DNA of 64,000 nt, from the IMG/VR virus record IMGVR_UViG_3300008255_000002; one strand, 5' to 3'. Below, piece after piece: positions 19,664 through 30,590 of this stretch. The notes beneath the pieces are model-generated. The model was given only the letters and a program-made list of their open reading frames with translations, searched no databases and was not told the DNA's origin. Source of the DNA: a virus. Each line of letters begins with the position of its first letter. The stretch's first letter is position 1. The translations under genes were made by a program, and so were the position numbers.

Positions 19664-20145
19664 GATTTTGACCTTTCTGATTTGATATATTTAATGCCGT
19701 TTAATGAAGAACATAGATTATCGTAAGATTTTGCTATATCGTACATAGAATCGTGTCGTACCTGAAATTCCATAATATATTTATATAACTTATTACAATA
19801 ACTATCACTATTAATAATGATAAGTCTTTTTTCTTGCCAATAACCAGAATAATTTTCGGTAACACTTCCTATATATCTCTCTAATTCTGATTTTAACCAA
19901 TTTAAAAAAGCATATGTTTTATTGATACTTTTTTGTAAGAAGATTTTGTTTAGGGAGATTTCTGCTATGATTATAGCAATTTGATTTGGTGTTAATGATT
20001 CTAATTCTGTTCGACTATAAGAAAAATATTCTTCTATATTAGTATTGTTTTTATCAGCGTTAAAACCTATTACATTATAATATTTTTGTATTCTTTGGTC
20101 TAATTCCTTTAATTTGTTTTGTAGTTTAGAAGTTTGTTCCGCCAT
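19660..20145 (-). CDS. Hypothetical helical protein (possible recombination mediator)
   Basis: Lies between recA and dnaB; function is inference. Confidence 0.5.
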   Translation of the reverse strand: MAEQTSKLQNKLKELDQRIQKYYNVIGFNADKNNTNIEEYFSYSRTELESLTPNQIAIIIAEISLNKIFLQKSINKTYAFLNWLKSELERYIGSVTENYSGYWQEKRLIIINSDSYCNKLYKYIMEFQVRHDSMYDIAKSYDNLCSSLNGIKYIKSERSKS

Positions 20146-20513
20146 TCTGATACCTTTTCGTTATATGATAACTCTACTAAATAGAATTTATTATTTTTAC
20201 AGAACTCACGCTTTTTATTATCTCTTCCTTGAGAGTTATAGAAATCAAGTTTATCTTTATAGTGAAATTTATTAAAATTAAAATGTTGTGCGCCGTGAAC
20301 TTCTATAACTAATTTAAAATCTGGAATAAAGAAATCTAGGTATAATTTTTCTATTGGTATGTACACTTCCTCTAATACAACACGCATTTTAAAGACTTCT
20401 TTTATTAAATCTCTACATTTTAGATGTAATGAAGATTTATTTTCACCTTCTTTATTATAATATTGTGATAAATTAATATTATATATTTTGTTATTATAGC
20501 AAATAACTTTCAT
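20109..20513 (-). CDS. Vsr/DUF559-like endonuclease
   Basis: YLDFFIP...IEVHGAQH...RDNKK..FC. Confidence 0.75.
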   Translation of the reverse strand: MKVICYNNKIYNINLSQYYNKEGENKSSLHLKCRDLIKEVFKMRVVLEEVYIPIEKLYLDFFIPDFKLVIEVHGAQHFNFNKFHYKDKLDFYNSQGRDNKKREFCKNNKFYLVELSYNEKVSEWRNKLLNYKTN

Positions 20514-21544
20514 TTTATAAACGATTTAACTGTTGTTTTTAATAATTGATATGCTGGATCATTTTCTTTCAGAAAATTAATAACATTTTCTTCGCCTTGA
20601 ATTTTTTCTTCATCAAAAAAATCTAATATATACCATCCGGCGTTTTTTTTAGTAATAGTGTTTGGGAGATTCAAACCTAAATTAAATATTTCGGCTACTT
20701 CATCAATACCAACACCAAATGTAATTCTTCCTTCGATAGTTCTCATCGGTCCTGTAATTGGAGAATGTTCACTAATCCATGTTGGTTTTAAACCAATTGG
20801 TACAGCATTTCCATCTGTAATAATTTCTGTTTTATTTGCTCTAATTTTATAGTTAGCTTGATGCTTTAATGTATTAGGAATCTTTTCTACATATTTTTTT
20901 CCATATCCAGAAACATTAGCAGAGTCCTGAACAATAAATATAACAATACTACGTTTGATAGGGATAGCTGTTGCGCATTGGCGAAAGAATTGTCCAACTA
21001 ATTTATATATAGGGGGTGCCATATATTGTTTTCCTAATTCTTCTGACATTTCATCTTCACTGCAAAGCATGGAAAGAGAATCAAATACAATTACACATCC
21101 TGGGTCTTCAAATATTGCACTTTTAGCTATTTTAAAATATTCCTCTCCAGATATAATTTTATCTTCTGTTGATTGAGGTACAAAAAATTTATCTTTATTT
21201 AAATCTTTAATACCCTCAATATCTCTTTTATTTAATCTTCCTTCAATTGGAAGATACCAAACATTCCTATTTCCGTTTTCAGGTTTTTGGGCATTTGCAC
21301 AAATCGATAATGCTAATAAACTTTTACCGTTTTTTGGTGGTCCACTAGCAATCATAACGCTTCCTTCTAGTAAACCACCAGTAATTATATCTAAACACGG
21401 ACTAATAGGAATAATTTGTTTCTCTAACTCAACCAAGCTATTTCCACTAAGAAATTGTTCTTTATTAATATCTCCACATACACGAGACACTAAATCAGAA
21501 CAACTATCATTTTCAACACCTATATCTTTTTTTCTTTTAGCCAC
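20510..21544 (-). CDS. recA: RecA/UvsX recombinase
   Basis: GPPKNGKS Walker A, IVFDSL, FIVQ, FGVGID, AGWY, IQGEE. Confidence 0.88.
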   Translation of the reverse strand: MAKRKKDIGVENDSCSDLVSRVCGDINKEQFLSGNSLVELEKQIIPISPCLDIITGGLLEGSVMIASGPPKNGKSLLALSICANAQKPENGNRNVWYLPIEGRLNKRDIEGIKDLNKDKFFVPQSTEDKIISGEEYFKIAKSAIFEDPGCVIVFDSLSMLCSEDEMSEELGKQYMAPPIYKLVGQFFRQCATAIPIKRSIVIFIVQDSANVSGYGKKYVEKIPNTLKHQANYKIRANKTEIITDGNAVPIGLKPTWISEHSPITGPMRTIEGRITFGVGIDEVAEIFNLGLNLPNTITKKNAGWYILDFFDEEKIQGEENVINFLKENDPAYQLLKTTVKSFIK

Positions 21545-21975
21545 TACAAACCTCTTACATTTGTTTTTGTTATCTGTTTTCTAGGTTTTTGGGTTGTATC
21601 TATTTCTACAATATCTATATTTATATTATTATTTTTAGAACTTACAACCTTTTGCCCCTCTACACACAAAGGTTCAATGACACTTTTTAAACCCAAACTA
21701 TATATTTTTTTACATCTTCTATGATTAAGTGCCCATAAGACAGCTTTTAATTCATATTTATCTAATAGATATTTTGCATGTTTTAATTGGGCAAGAAATT
21801 CGCGTAACCATTCCTTTTTTTTCCAATATAAAATTGGTAATTTTTTGCCATCACGAATTGCAACCCTCTCTAATATAATCTCAATTAAATATTTATTATC
21901 ATCAAGATATTCTGGATTTCCAGGTTCAGAGTATTTAGATATATATTTACTTTTTTCAGTTCTTTGTTTTGCCAT
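21544..21975 (-). CDS. Hypothetical protein
   Basis: Operon-packed ORF. Confidence 0.6.
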   Translation of the reverse strand: MAKQRTEKSKYISKYSEPGNPEYLDDNKYLIEIILERVAIRDGKKLPILYWKKKEWLREFLAQLKHAKYLLDKYELKAVLWALNHRRCKKIYSLGLKSVIEPLCVEGQKVVSSKNNNINIDIVEIDTTQKPRKQITKTNVRGL

Positions 21976-22264
21976 CTTTGTAAATTTTCTCTACACAATT
22001 ATTTGTTTTTTGTTTTTTCTGATTTTTAGAATTTGTTTTGTAATCCGCAAAATCAGGATGCATAATTGTAACACCGTCTTTTGGACTTGAAACCTGGACA
22101 AGAAATGGTTTTTTAGTTATTTCTTTTTCTTGTAATTCATCTATTTTACTTAGTACATCTCTTTGACTTTTGCTAAGATTATTTGATAATTCTTCTAAAT
22201 TATCTACACTTCCATTTTCAATAATATTTTTTAGAAAATTAAGTTCTACATTACTCCAACTCAT
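21956..22264 (-). CDS. Hypothetical protein (Myb/HTH-like N-terminus)
   Basis: WS..EL.FL. Confidence 0.5.
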   Translation of the reverse strand: MSWSNVELNFLKNIIENGSVDNLEELSNNLSKSQRDVLSKIDELQEKEITKKPFLVQVSSPKDGVTIMHPDFADYKTNSKNQKKQKTNNCVEKIYKDGKTKN

Positions 22265-22611
22265 AAGCTACGCTCCGCATTTAAAAGATACCCTTGATTT
22301 TTTGTTTTTAAAAATTTGATATATAAATCATGGACATTTTTATCAACCTTTCTCCATGTATATAGCGGTTTACCAACTAAATTTAACCTTCTTATTTCGT
22401 TTGACATACTTAATGTATCCCAAGGATTAAACAATCTTCCTTTGTTTTTTCCGTCATTACACTCTTTAACGAAAAAAGTTAATATATTATTTGTATCTAT
22501 ATATTTTACTAATGCTATAGATTCATCACCAACCTCAATAATATTTGAGTGCTGTAAAGCAAATAAAAATTCATTAGTAATTATTTCTTCGCCAACATAA
22601 AATTCTTTCAT
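22261..22611 (-). CDS. Hypothetical protein
   Basis: Operon-packed ORF. Confidence 0.6.
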   Translation of the reverse strand: MKEFYVGEEIITNEFLFALQHSNIIEVGDESIALVKYIDTNNILTFFVKECNDGKNKGRLFNPWDTLSMSNEIRRLNLVGKPLYTWRKVDKNVHDLYIKFLKTKNQGYLLNAERSL

Positions 22612-22991
22612 TACTTCTTTCCTTCTAGTATATATTTTGTCTGTTGTTCTGGTGTCATTTTTGCTAATGATTTATCTGGACCTAACGTACCCTTTCTCCA
22701 GAACGGTGCATTTTCTCTAGCTTTCTTTTTCTGTTTTAAAATTGGATTTGTTTCTTCTAGTTTGGATCTCTCTTCTTGTACTCTTGTCTTATCAATTATG
22801 GTATTTCTTTCAGCCTGTGTTCCTAATGTTTTTGGTGTTCCATCGAAAAACATAAAAGATCCAATCTTAACTTTTAGTGTTTCTTTTTTGCATAACGGAC
22901 ATATTTTGGGTAATTCTTCCTTAATTGAAACATATCGTTCTTCATAGAAATCGCATCCTTGCGATTCGCAATAAAAATGTTGTTCTGGCAT
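22611..22991 (-). CDS. FmdB-like zinc-ribbon protein
   Basis: FYC...C...CPLCK...PKTLG. Confidence 0.65.
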   Translation of the reverse strand: MPEQHFYCESQGCDFYEERYVSIKEELPKICPLCKKETLKVKIGSFMFFDGTPKTLGTQAERNTIIDKTRVQEERSKLEETNPILKQKKKARENAPFWRKGTLGPDKSLAKMTPEQQTKYILEGKK

Positions 22992-23000
22992 ATTGATCCC

Positions 23001-23819
23001 TTAATCATATAATTGGCTATAATTTCTATCGTATCCATCATATTCTCTATATCCAACAAATCTTTCTTCTAAAGATTGTGGTTTATCTATCCCTTCAATA
23101 ATATCAGTAATAATATTAACAAGTTTATGTCTTTGAACATCAACTTTCTCTAAGTAAATAACTCCAATACCATCTATTCCTGTTAAAGACTTTGACAATT
23201 TATAAAAATCATTATTATCATATTGTCCAAGGTCTGATTGGTTTGGATCTCCAGTAAGAATAATTTTTGCCCCCTCACACATTCTAGTAAGCAAAAGTTT
23301 TAATTGTTTAATAGTTGCGTTTTGTGCTTCATCTAAAATAACCGTTCCTTTGAGATTTCTTCCTCTCATAAAACATAATGGTACAATATCAATAATTCGT
23401 TCTTTAATAAGCCTATCTATTTCTGACTGTGATGTAAAATCTAACAATTCATCATAAATAGGAATAAGAAATTCGTGCATTTTTTCTTTGATATCGCCAG
23501 GACGAAACCCTAATTTTTCCCCCTCTGCTTCAATTGCCGGGCGAGAAATAACAATTCTATCTGTTTCTCCTTTCATTAACATTTCATAAGCAATTCCAAT
23601 AGCGATCCTAGTCTTACCTGTTCCTGGACAACCAACAGCAAAAGTAATATCATTTGAAATAATAGATTTAATATATTCCTTTTGATTTTTTGTCCTTGCT
23701 ACAACAGGTTTAAATTTTAATTTATTTTCATTTTTTAGACCCTCTGGAATTTCAATGTCTTGTTGAAAAAAATTTGGAACTTCAATCATTTTTCTTCGTT
23801 TTGACATAATAAATCTCAA
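23001..23819 (-). CDS. phoH: PhoH-family ATPase
   Basis: GCPGTGKT, LGFRPG, FMRGR, LDEAQN, LTR, GDPNQSDL, RH. Confidence 0.95.
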   Translation of the reverse strand: MRFIMSKRRKMIEVPNFFQQDIEIPEGLKNENKLKFKPVVARTKNQKEYIKSIISNDITFAVGCPGTGKTRIAIGIAYEMLMKGETDRIVISRPAIEAEGEKLGFRPGDIKEKMHEFLIPIYDELLDFTSQSEIDRLIKERIIDIVPLCFMRGRNLKGTVILDEAQNATIKQLKLLLTRMCEGAKIILTGDPNQSDLGQYDNNDFYKLSKSLTGIDGIGVIYLEKVDVQRHKLVNIITDIIEGIDKPQSLEERFVGYREYDGYDRNYSQLYD

Positions 23820-23850
23820 CTGTTAAAATAGGTTGTTAATCCATTTGTTA

Positions 23851-23856
23851 ATACAC
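23851..23856 (-). promoter_or_regulatory. GTGTAT motif upstream of phoH
   Basis: Recurrent intergenic motif. Confidence 0.5.
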
Positions 23857-24348
23857 CTATAATTTATAGCACACAACTTGTATATTACTTGGTGTTAAAT
23901 CTTCTATAATTCGACTAATAATTTTAAAATCTCCGCCGCCCAATCCACCACCAATCATAGGAATTGCAATATTATTAAAATTATTTTCCTCTAACCAAAC
24001 AAATAGTTTTTTAAAGCATTCTTTAATTGCATCATAACTTACATATTGGTGTCCATTATATCCAAATCCAGCTTGTGTAATTAAATTTATAACGTATCTA
24101 GTATTATGAATTTTAACTACCTGAATCTCCCCTGTTTTCCACCCATATTTATCGTAGTGTTTTTTATAAATCTTATATGCTTCTGGATATTTGGAACGAA
24201 TCGCTTTAGCTACTCCTGAACCCATAATACCCATTGAGTTTGCACCATGAGCTATCACAACCTCAGTCGCTTCTAAAATATCTCCAACCTTATACTTAAT
24301 TTTATTCATGCCATCTCCATATATAGACATCTCGTTTTCACCATACAA
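23857..24348 (-). CDS. Macrodomain (ADP-ribose hydrolase) protein
   Basis: GDIL...AHGAN..G.MGSGVA, NLITQ, PMIGGGLGGG. Confidence 0.9.
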   Translation of the reverse strand: MYGENEMSIYGDGMNKIKYKVGDILEATEVVIAHGANSMGIMGSGVAKAIRSKYPEAYKIYKKHYDKYGWKTGEIQVVKIHNTRYVINLITQAGFGYNGHQYVSYDAIKECFKKLFVWLEENNFNNIAIPMIGGGLGGGDFKIISRIIEDLTPSNIQVVCYKL

Positions 24349-24438
24349 TCCACCCGCAAAACCTTCGATGTATGTTGTTTTTGATTTATCAATATGTTTC
24401 TGAATTTCTTTAATTTGGTATCTTAATCAATGGTAGCA

Positions 24439-25050
24439 TTAAATCTCTTTTCTATAAATTCTTCCACCTAACATATATGTAATATAATGTCTTGTATTTT
24501 CATCAGCAGGAAACTGTCTTAATGTAGAATGTGGTGTTAATTGATCTATTCTAATCTTATGTGGATATATTATAGTCGTTCCTGTATTAACATAATAATA
24601 TTCGGTATAACCACCATTGATATAATTAATAACATCAATATAACCAGATGGATTATAAATAATATAAATATTAGGAGCTACAGAATTAATATAACTATTA
24701 ATCCCGCTAATTTGTAATTCTGTTAAATTTGAATTAACGTTATAATCAAGACAACTTAAAAGATAACCAGCCTGACTTTCTACATTAAAAAAAAATTCAT
24801 TTATAGAAGTTCTTTCTATTTCTATTGTATGTGTGAATCCAGAATTCCAAACCAAAGATAATCCAGAATAATATAAACGTTCTGTATTATTTCCTATATC
24901 TTCTCTGTCATAGTAATACAATTGATTTATTTGCAATGGAATATTATCCATCATTTCTGAAATTGAATAATAAACACCAGAGACAACATCTGTCATATCT
25001 GTATATATATAATTTTTATATTTATTTGGCAATATTTCTGTTAGTGGCAT
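24439..25050 (-). CDS. Hypothetical protein
   Basis: AGGAG RBS upstream. Confidence 0.65.
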   Translation of the reverse strand: MPLTEILPNKYKNYIYTDMTDVVSGVYYSISEMMDNIPLQINQLYYYDREDIGNNTERLYYSGLSLVWNSGFTHTIEIERTSINEFFFNVESQAGYLLSCLDYNVNSNLTELQISGINSYINSVAPNIYIIYNPSGYIDVINYINGGYTEYYYVNTGTTIIYPHKIRIDQLTPHSTLRQFPADENTRHYITYMLGGRIYRKEI

Positions 25051-25179
25051 TATATAACTCCTATTATTAGTTATTTTATATATAAAGACACTAATCTACT
25101 TTATAATACTATCTAAATACATTTTATTTAAATTTTCTAAATCATTCTTTAGAAAAAACTCTTTTTCTTCTTGCATTGT

Positions 25180-28100
25180 TTAACCACATTTAGAGAAACC
25201 ACAAGGACAAGAAACACACCCTTCTGATCTAATTAAACTCTCATTAGAACAATTAGGACATATCTCGCCTTTTACAGATGTAATAGATTGATATTTTCGT
25301 AAGATTCGTGCAATAGCTTTAGCAAAACTATTAACATCGCCTTTTACCTTAGAGAGTTGATCACATACAAATTCTAAACTTACACCATGACGCAATGACA
25401 TAGATACCATTCTAGTAATTGTATCTTCGTGTTCGTCGCACGTAGAAGAAATATCTTCATAAATATCTTTATTATCAATGTTTACTAATTTATAGTGCCC
25501 ACTTTTTACTTTAACTATTTTTCCTTTTTCTTCCTTTGTAACATTTCCGCAAATTACAAATACTTCATATGGATCTTCCCCTAATAAACCAATCAAAATT
25601 GTATGTAATTTACCTTTTATTTTAGTAGAATAAATATCACATATAAGTTCTTTTTTTCTTTTTGGTGCGTCGTATTTATCTATATTTTCTGTTGTTTTTA
25701 TATTTAATTGCGTGAGTTCTTCATCTGTAAAGTTCTGATTGTGTATCTGAACTCCTTCTCTGATTAATTTAAATGCAAGGTCTTTAAAATTTATAAATGA
25801 AACAATGCCATACATCTTTTTATCTGGAAACGCCGCAATACTTTTAACTTCACGTTTCCACGCTTCTAAAATAAAATTGTAGACATCTTTCCAATCAGAA
25901 CCTTCAGGTAACATATATGTAACACTAATAGAACTATCAATCCATTTCATAACACGAGACATCATATCTAATTTATCTAATGGTTTAATTTCTGTAGCAT
26001 TCTTGAATTTAATACCAACCAATTCTTTATGTTTATCGATAAAGTCGGCTATTGGTTTTCCATATTTACCATCCCATGTATCTTTAATAGCATCTGAATT
26101 AATAGGTATTTTGTATCCGGTTCTTTCAAAAACATCTCTAACAACAGCGGGAACACAAAAATAATATTCATATTTACCAGATATACGTGTTCTTTTCCAA
26201 AAGTAAATTCCAAATGCGGGTTCGATACCATATGAAAAGCAAAGGTCACGAAACATAAGTGTTAATGTGCCTGTTGGAGCAATACTTGAACATGTTACAT
26301 TTCGCATCGCATCGAAAATCAAACCCATTTCAATCATACGTTGAACAAATGGAGATTTTTCAAATTTATCATGATCAAATAATCCAAAACTACCTTTTTC
26401 GCGTCCCAACTCAATTGAAGATTTATACAAGTAGTAATTGTAATATTTAGTAAAATCCTCGACCGCTTCATTCCCCTCTAACGAACCGTATTCCAAATTC
26501 TTCTTAAATAACCAACCAGCAAGATTGGTGTATCCGGCACCTGTACGCCTTAACAATTCAATTGCCATCTTTTGATGCGGCGTCGCATATGTCTTATATA
26601 CAAGTTCGCATTGATTCACATTATCAAGAAATCTATTAACAGATGGACCGATAATAGATAGTTCTTGATCGTACTGGGGTTTATTAGGGGAGAATCTACC
26701 GGCGTTGAGTGAGGCTAGAACACATAATGATTCGCGGGAAAGATATTGCTCACTGCAATTTGCTACATTGCAATTACCAGTCCAATATGTGTGATTATTA
26801 CCATCAACAGTAATATGAAATACTTCTTCCTCAGAAATAAGTTCAGAAGAAACTATATCATATGTTTGTTTTTGCGGTTTGTCTGCCCTCCCTATAGTAT
26901 TGACTATATTTTCTAATTTATCATTTTTGTATTTTTGAACAAAACCAATTATATGAAAGAATTTATCTCTGTCTACTGTTATGCTCACATCATAACTTTG
27001 TTTGCTTAAATACTCTCCATTTTTCCATTGAATAACTTTTGCTTTATTGGTTGTAAAATAAGAACGAATACCAACAGATGACAACATTAATTGGACTTGT
27101 TCAATCACCTTATATGATGATGCTTTTAGAGCAATACGATTTCCAGACATTCCGCCGTTGGCAGTAAATAACCCTCTAAGAAATCCACATACTTTATTAC
27201 GATCTCCATATAAAAACCTATCTGGAATTGAACGATTGTAAGTATAATCTAAATCTTCTGATTTAATCGTAGTTTTTACATCATAAGAATATCCATCATT
27301 GATACCGTTTTCTTTTCCAATTAAAGTAGATATTTCACTATCAAAGTAATCGTAATCATCTTTGCCAACATTTAAGTATACTAAATCATTAGATGCTTTA
27401 TGAACAGGTCCATCGCCAAACACAATACCATCAACAACATCTTGTATGTCAATATTTACATCGGATTGATATTCTCCAGTAAGGATATCAATAGATTCAG
27501 ATTCATAAACTTCTATTTTTGTACCATTGGAAACAATACGATGATCTTCCGTTCCATAAAAAACACCTGCTGTAGTTCTGTATTTATATACTTTTTTAAT
27601 ACCATTTGACCACTTATTAGTGACTGTAACCCAACCATTTTGTGACCAAATACGTTCTCCAATATAGACTTCTGATAAAGGTCGAATTCCATATTTTGTT
27701 AAAATTGGCGACCAACTTGGTTGACATGCATTTGTTGATAAAATCCTACTATCATATTCATGTGTTGGGTCATATAGATAATCACTATTACTATACTTAC
27801 GTGCTATGTCAATATTTTGAATACCCGGCTCTGCATTTTTAGTCATGCATTTGGCGAGTAATTCTAATAGTTCTACAGAATTAATGGTTTTAGACCATTT
27901 TTCTAGTGGGCGATCTTTTTTAGCAATATAGTACCATTTTTTATTACCATTAATTAATTCGTATTCACAGTCTTTATCAATTGAATGTTCGTCTATATAT
28001 ACTTTGCTTCCAGCTTTGATTTCAGGAATCTCAAATGTTAATTCCCAATCTCCATTAACTAGAACTTGTTCGTAAAAATCGTTTGTGATCTGTACACTAA

Positions 28101-28728
28101 TATTAGCGTTTTGAATTTGTGTGTAATCACTTTTGACCTGAATAAACTTTTTGATATCAGGATGTTTAATATTTAGCGAAAAGAGCATTGCGGGAATTCG
28201 CCCTTTTTGTCCAACCTTATATCCAATTGAATCAATAAATCCTAACCAGTGTACAACTCCTTCGGATTCATTAGCAGAGTTCAATATACTCATTTTTGCC
28301 GGTCTTATTCTAGATCCATCTAAACCAAGACCCTGACGATATGCAGCACATTTAGCAACTGTATATGCAGTATTTTTAAATATACTTTCTAGATTGTCCC
28401 ATTCATTTTTATCATCAATAGTACCCATTGATATAGTTGTACAATTTGATAAGCTGATTTTTTTATTACATCCTGCTCCTTGCATGATAGATCCGGCAGG
28501 ATGCCACCAATCATTATAAATTTCATCAAACCATCTTTCCGCCCAATACTTTTGTAATTCTTCTGTTTCTTCTACAGATGCTACATAATCACAAACTCTT
28601 TTAAGCGATTGTACATATGTTTCATTTTCTATAGCAGTATACTTTTTATTAAAAGCGTCTATACTAAATCTATTTCCATAAAAATAATCTTCTGTAGATT
28701 GATCTTTTACATCTTCATATTTAATCAT
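25180..28728 (-). CDS. nrdJ: Class II (B12-dependent) ribonucleotide reductase with intein
   Basis: SLSNC, ANISV, AEPG, TNA[intein]CSEQ, SIAPTGT, SSISVT, C-terminal SLRHG (TSCPD-like) and CPNC..C.SC.CGFSKC; no NrdB in window. Confidence 0.9.
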   Translation of the reverse strand: MIKYEDVKDQSTEDYFYGNRFSIDAFNKKYTAIENETYVQSLKRVCDYVASVEETEELQKYWAERWFDEIYNDWWHPAGSIMQGAGCNKKISLSNCTTISMGTIDDKNEWDNLESIFKNTAYTVAKCAAYRQGLGLDGSRIRPAKMSILNSANESEGVVHWLGFIDSIGYKVGQKGRIPAMLFSLNIKHPDIKKFIQVKSDYTQIQNANISVQITNDFYEQVLVNGDWELTFEIPEIKAGSKVYIDEHSIDKDCEYELINGNKKWYYIAKKDRPLEKWSKTINSVELLELLAKCMTKNAEPGIQNIDIARKYSNSDYLYDPTHEYDSRILSTNACQPSWSPILTKYGIRPLSEVYIGERIWSQNGWVTVTNKWSNGIKKVYKYRTTAGVFYGTEDHRIVSNGTKIEVYESESIDILTGEYQSDVNIDIQDVVDGIVFGDGPVHKASNDLVYLNVGKDDYDYFDSEISTLIGKENGINDGYSYDVKTTIKSEDLDYTYNRSIPDRFLYGDRNKVCGFLRGLFTANGGMSGNRIALKASSYKVIEQVQLMLSSVGIRSYFTTNKAKVIQWKNGEYLSKQSYDVSITVDRDKFFHIIGFVQKYKNDKLENIVNTIGRADKPQKQTYDIVSSELISEEEVFHITVDGNNHTYWTGNCNVANCSEQYLSRESLCVLASLNAGRFSPNKPQYDQELSIIGPSVNRFLDNVNQCELVYKTYATPHQKMAIELLRRTGAGYTNLAGWLFKKNLEYGSLEGNEAVEDFTKYYNYYLYKSSIELGREKGSFGLFDHDKFEKSPFVQRMIEMGLIFDAMRNVTCSSIAPTGTLTLMFRDLCFSYGIEPAFGIYFWKRTRISGKYEYYFCVPAVVRDVFERTGYKIPINSDAIKDTWDGKYGKPIADFIDKHKELVGIKFKNATEIKPLDKLDMMSRVMKWIDSSISVTYMLPEGSDWKDVYNFILEAWKREVKSIAAFPDKKMYGIVSFINFKDLAFKLIREGVQIHNQNFTDEELTQLNIKTTENIDKYDAPKRKKELICDIYSTKIKGKLHTILIGLLGEDPYEVFVICGNVTKEEKGKIVKVKSGHYKLVNIDNKDIYEDISSTCDEHEDTITRMVSMSLRHGVSLEFVCDQLSKVKGDVNSFAKAIARILRKYQSITSVKGEICPNCSNESLIRSEGCVSCPCGFSKCG
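26758..27726 (-). mobile_element. Intein (323 aa) with LAGLIDADG domain in nrdJ
   Basis: STNA|CQPSWS...GIVFGDG...FLRGLFTANG...CNVAN|CSEQ. Confidence 0.88.
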
Positions 28729-28773
28729 ATAACCCTCTAACTATTTTATGTTTCGTAATTCCATGAAGAATAT

Positions 28774-28779
28774 ATACAC
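28774..28779 (-). promoter_or_regulatory. GTGTAT motif upstream of nrdJ
   Basis: Recurrent intergenic motif. Confidence 0.55.
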
Positions 28780-28783
28780 TTAA

Positions 28784-29584
28784 TTATTCTACCAGAATTT
28801 TATCTATATCGCTTTGACTTGGATGCTCAGAATCATCAAATAACCACATTAAATTATTATCTTTTGCCCATACTTTTAATTCACGAATTGGGGTTACTAG
28901 ATTAAATGTCTCTCCCGCGCCGCGAACTAACATTGCAATCCAATATCCATTTTTATCATAGATGCCACCACCAGAAGAACCGGGAAACGCACCAACAGAA
29001 ACTTGATCTAACACTCTATTATTAATAATTCTTCCGTGTTGTGATATAGATCCTTTTGTGACTGAATTTGCACCATCTTCCCCTAATAAACTCCCACAAT
29101 GTAGTACGTCTGAAAGAACAGGAGGAATGATATTATCTTTATAAAATTCGATATGTTTATCAAATGCTAAAGGTTTTCTAATTTGTAAAACAGCTACATC
29201 ATATCCATTATCAGCATCACTATATTTAACAACTTTAGCTTGATATTCAATACGTCCAACTGTTCTCCCTTCATAAATAACAACCTGCATTATTGTAGCA
29301 TCATCAAATTCTATAATTTTTACTTCTTGTTTATTTTCAATGCTTGTGCGAACTTTCCTTAAACCTTTTACAACATGTGCGGCTGTTAATACAAAATCAT
29401 TATTTCCTTTTCTTACAATAACACCGCTTCCTTGTGAGAAACCAGCTTTAATTGTCACAGACACATCTTGTAAATAAGAAGGAACTTGATTAACGTCTTG
29501 TGGAACTTGAGCTACGACTACACTACTCATTAATAATAAAAAAAATAATGACTTCATATTAAATCTCCTTATCCATTGAAACAT
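28784..29584 (-). CDS. Trypsin-like serine protease with signal peptide (likely start MKSLFF)
   Basis: GSGV, LTAAHVV, DVAVL, PGSSGGG. Confidence 0.9.
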   Translation of the reverse strand: MFQWIRRFNMKSLFFLLLMSSVVVAQVPQDVNQVPSYLQDVSVTIKAGFSQGSGVIVRKGNNDFVLTAAHVVKGLRKVRTSIENKQEVKIIEFDDATIMQVVIYEGRTVGRIEYQAKVVKYSDADNGYDVAVLQIRKPLAFDKHIEFYKDNIIPPVLSDVLHCGSLLGEDGANSVTKGSISQHGRIINNRVLDQVSVGAFPGSSGGGIYDKNGYWIAMLVRGAGETFNLVTPIRELKVWAKDNNLMWLFDDSEHPSQSDIDKILVE

Positions 29585-29819
29585 AAGTTATATTTACAAA
29601 TTCGTTTTCTTTTGGTTGTTTTTCTAGTAAAAAACTTAAATATTCTTCAAATTTAGTTGGGTGTTTGAATTCTTTTAGTGTTGCAGAAATTATCGTTTCT
29701 TTATATGGTCTTTCATAATAATATATCTCTGTATTTTTTGATAAATATCCACCAGTTACAACACCAGTAACACGTTTAAATAATTCTCTTCTGAACATCA
29801 ATAATTTCTTACCCCCCAA
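29559..29819 (-). CDS. Hypothetical protein
   Basis: Likely start MFRRELFK. Confidence 0.5.
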   Translation of the reverse strand: MGGKKLLMFRRELFKRVTGVVTGGYLSKNTEIYYYERPYKETIISATLKEFKHPTKFEEYLSFLLEKQPKENEFVNITYVSMDKEI

Positions 29820-30352
29820 ATAATAGTGTTTCGGTTAGGGAGTGTTCCAACATATCCGGCAAAAGTAGAAAACTCAATAATCGCCCCATCATACTTTTCT
29901 AGTAGTTCAAATATATCGTTATAGCTATTAGGATCTAACAAACCCTCTAACAAAAGTTTTGCCTTGATACCTTCAGCACGATTATAATTTTTCTGTAGTG
30001 CGTGGCGCAAGTTCCCTTGATTAAATGTATATTCTAAGACAAGACCAGTATCGCTATAATATAACTCGTCTTGGATTAAACGATACTCTTTTTCTTTTAT
30101 GGGGATTTCCCCAAATGTGAATAAATTTAGATTTGCACCTTTTTTAATTAAATCTACTAGAATTCCGTCAATATCTTTATATTCTACAACAGGAACAAAG
30201 TATCCAGAATCCCTGATTAGATATCTAAGAGTTATTAACCCTTTATATCCGCTTTGAATATATTCATCATATGACATCCAAACACGAAATGTATTTCCCA
30301 ATAATCCTTCTTGTGATTTTTGATAGAAGTCTTTTTTATTAGTTATTTTCAT
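29798..30352 (-). CDS. Conserved hypothetical protein (paralog of 36322-36873)
   Basis: Shared K.FY...LLGN..R, DPNSYND, IEF, NRNTI.W.VRNY. Confidence 0.75.
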   Translation of the reverse strand: MKITNKKDFYQKSQEGLLGNTFRVWMSYDEYIQSGYKGLITLRYLIRDSGYFVPVVEYKDIDGILVDLIKKGANLNLFTFGEIPIKEKEYRLIQDELYYSDTGLVLEYTFNQGNLRHALQKNYNRAEGIKAKLLLEGLLDPNSYNDIFELLEKYDGAIIEFSTFAGYVGTLPNRNTIIWGVRNY

Positions 30353-30590
30353 CTAAAATTCTAAATGTATAGATAGATTCTTTATTGATTGTAAAATCTA
30401 TTTTAGACAACACTAATTTTAAATAAATTTTTCCTGATATAAAATTGTATGTCTGTAGATTACTACCGCTCCCTAAATCAATATCATTACCAAGACTTCT
30501 TTTTACTATTAATTCTTTACCATTAGTTGTTGCTTCAACATTTGTATTTAATAATTCTTCGTCGGAATAAAAATTCCCTATTATATCCAT
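30339..30590 (-). CDS. Hypothetical protein
   Basis: Operon-packed ORF. Confidence 0.5.
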   Translation of the reverse strand: MDIIGNFYSDEELLNTNVEATTNGKELIVKRSLGNDIDLGSGSNLQTYNFISGKIYLKLVLSKIDFTINKESIYTFRILDENN

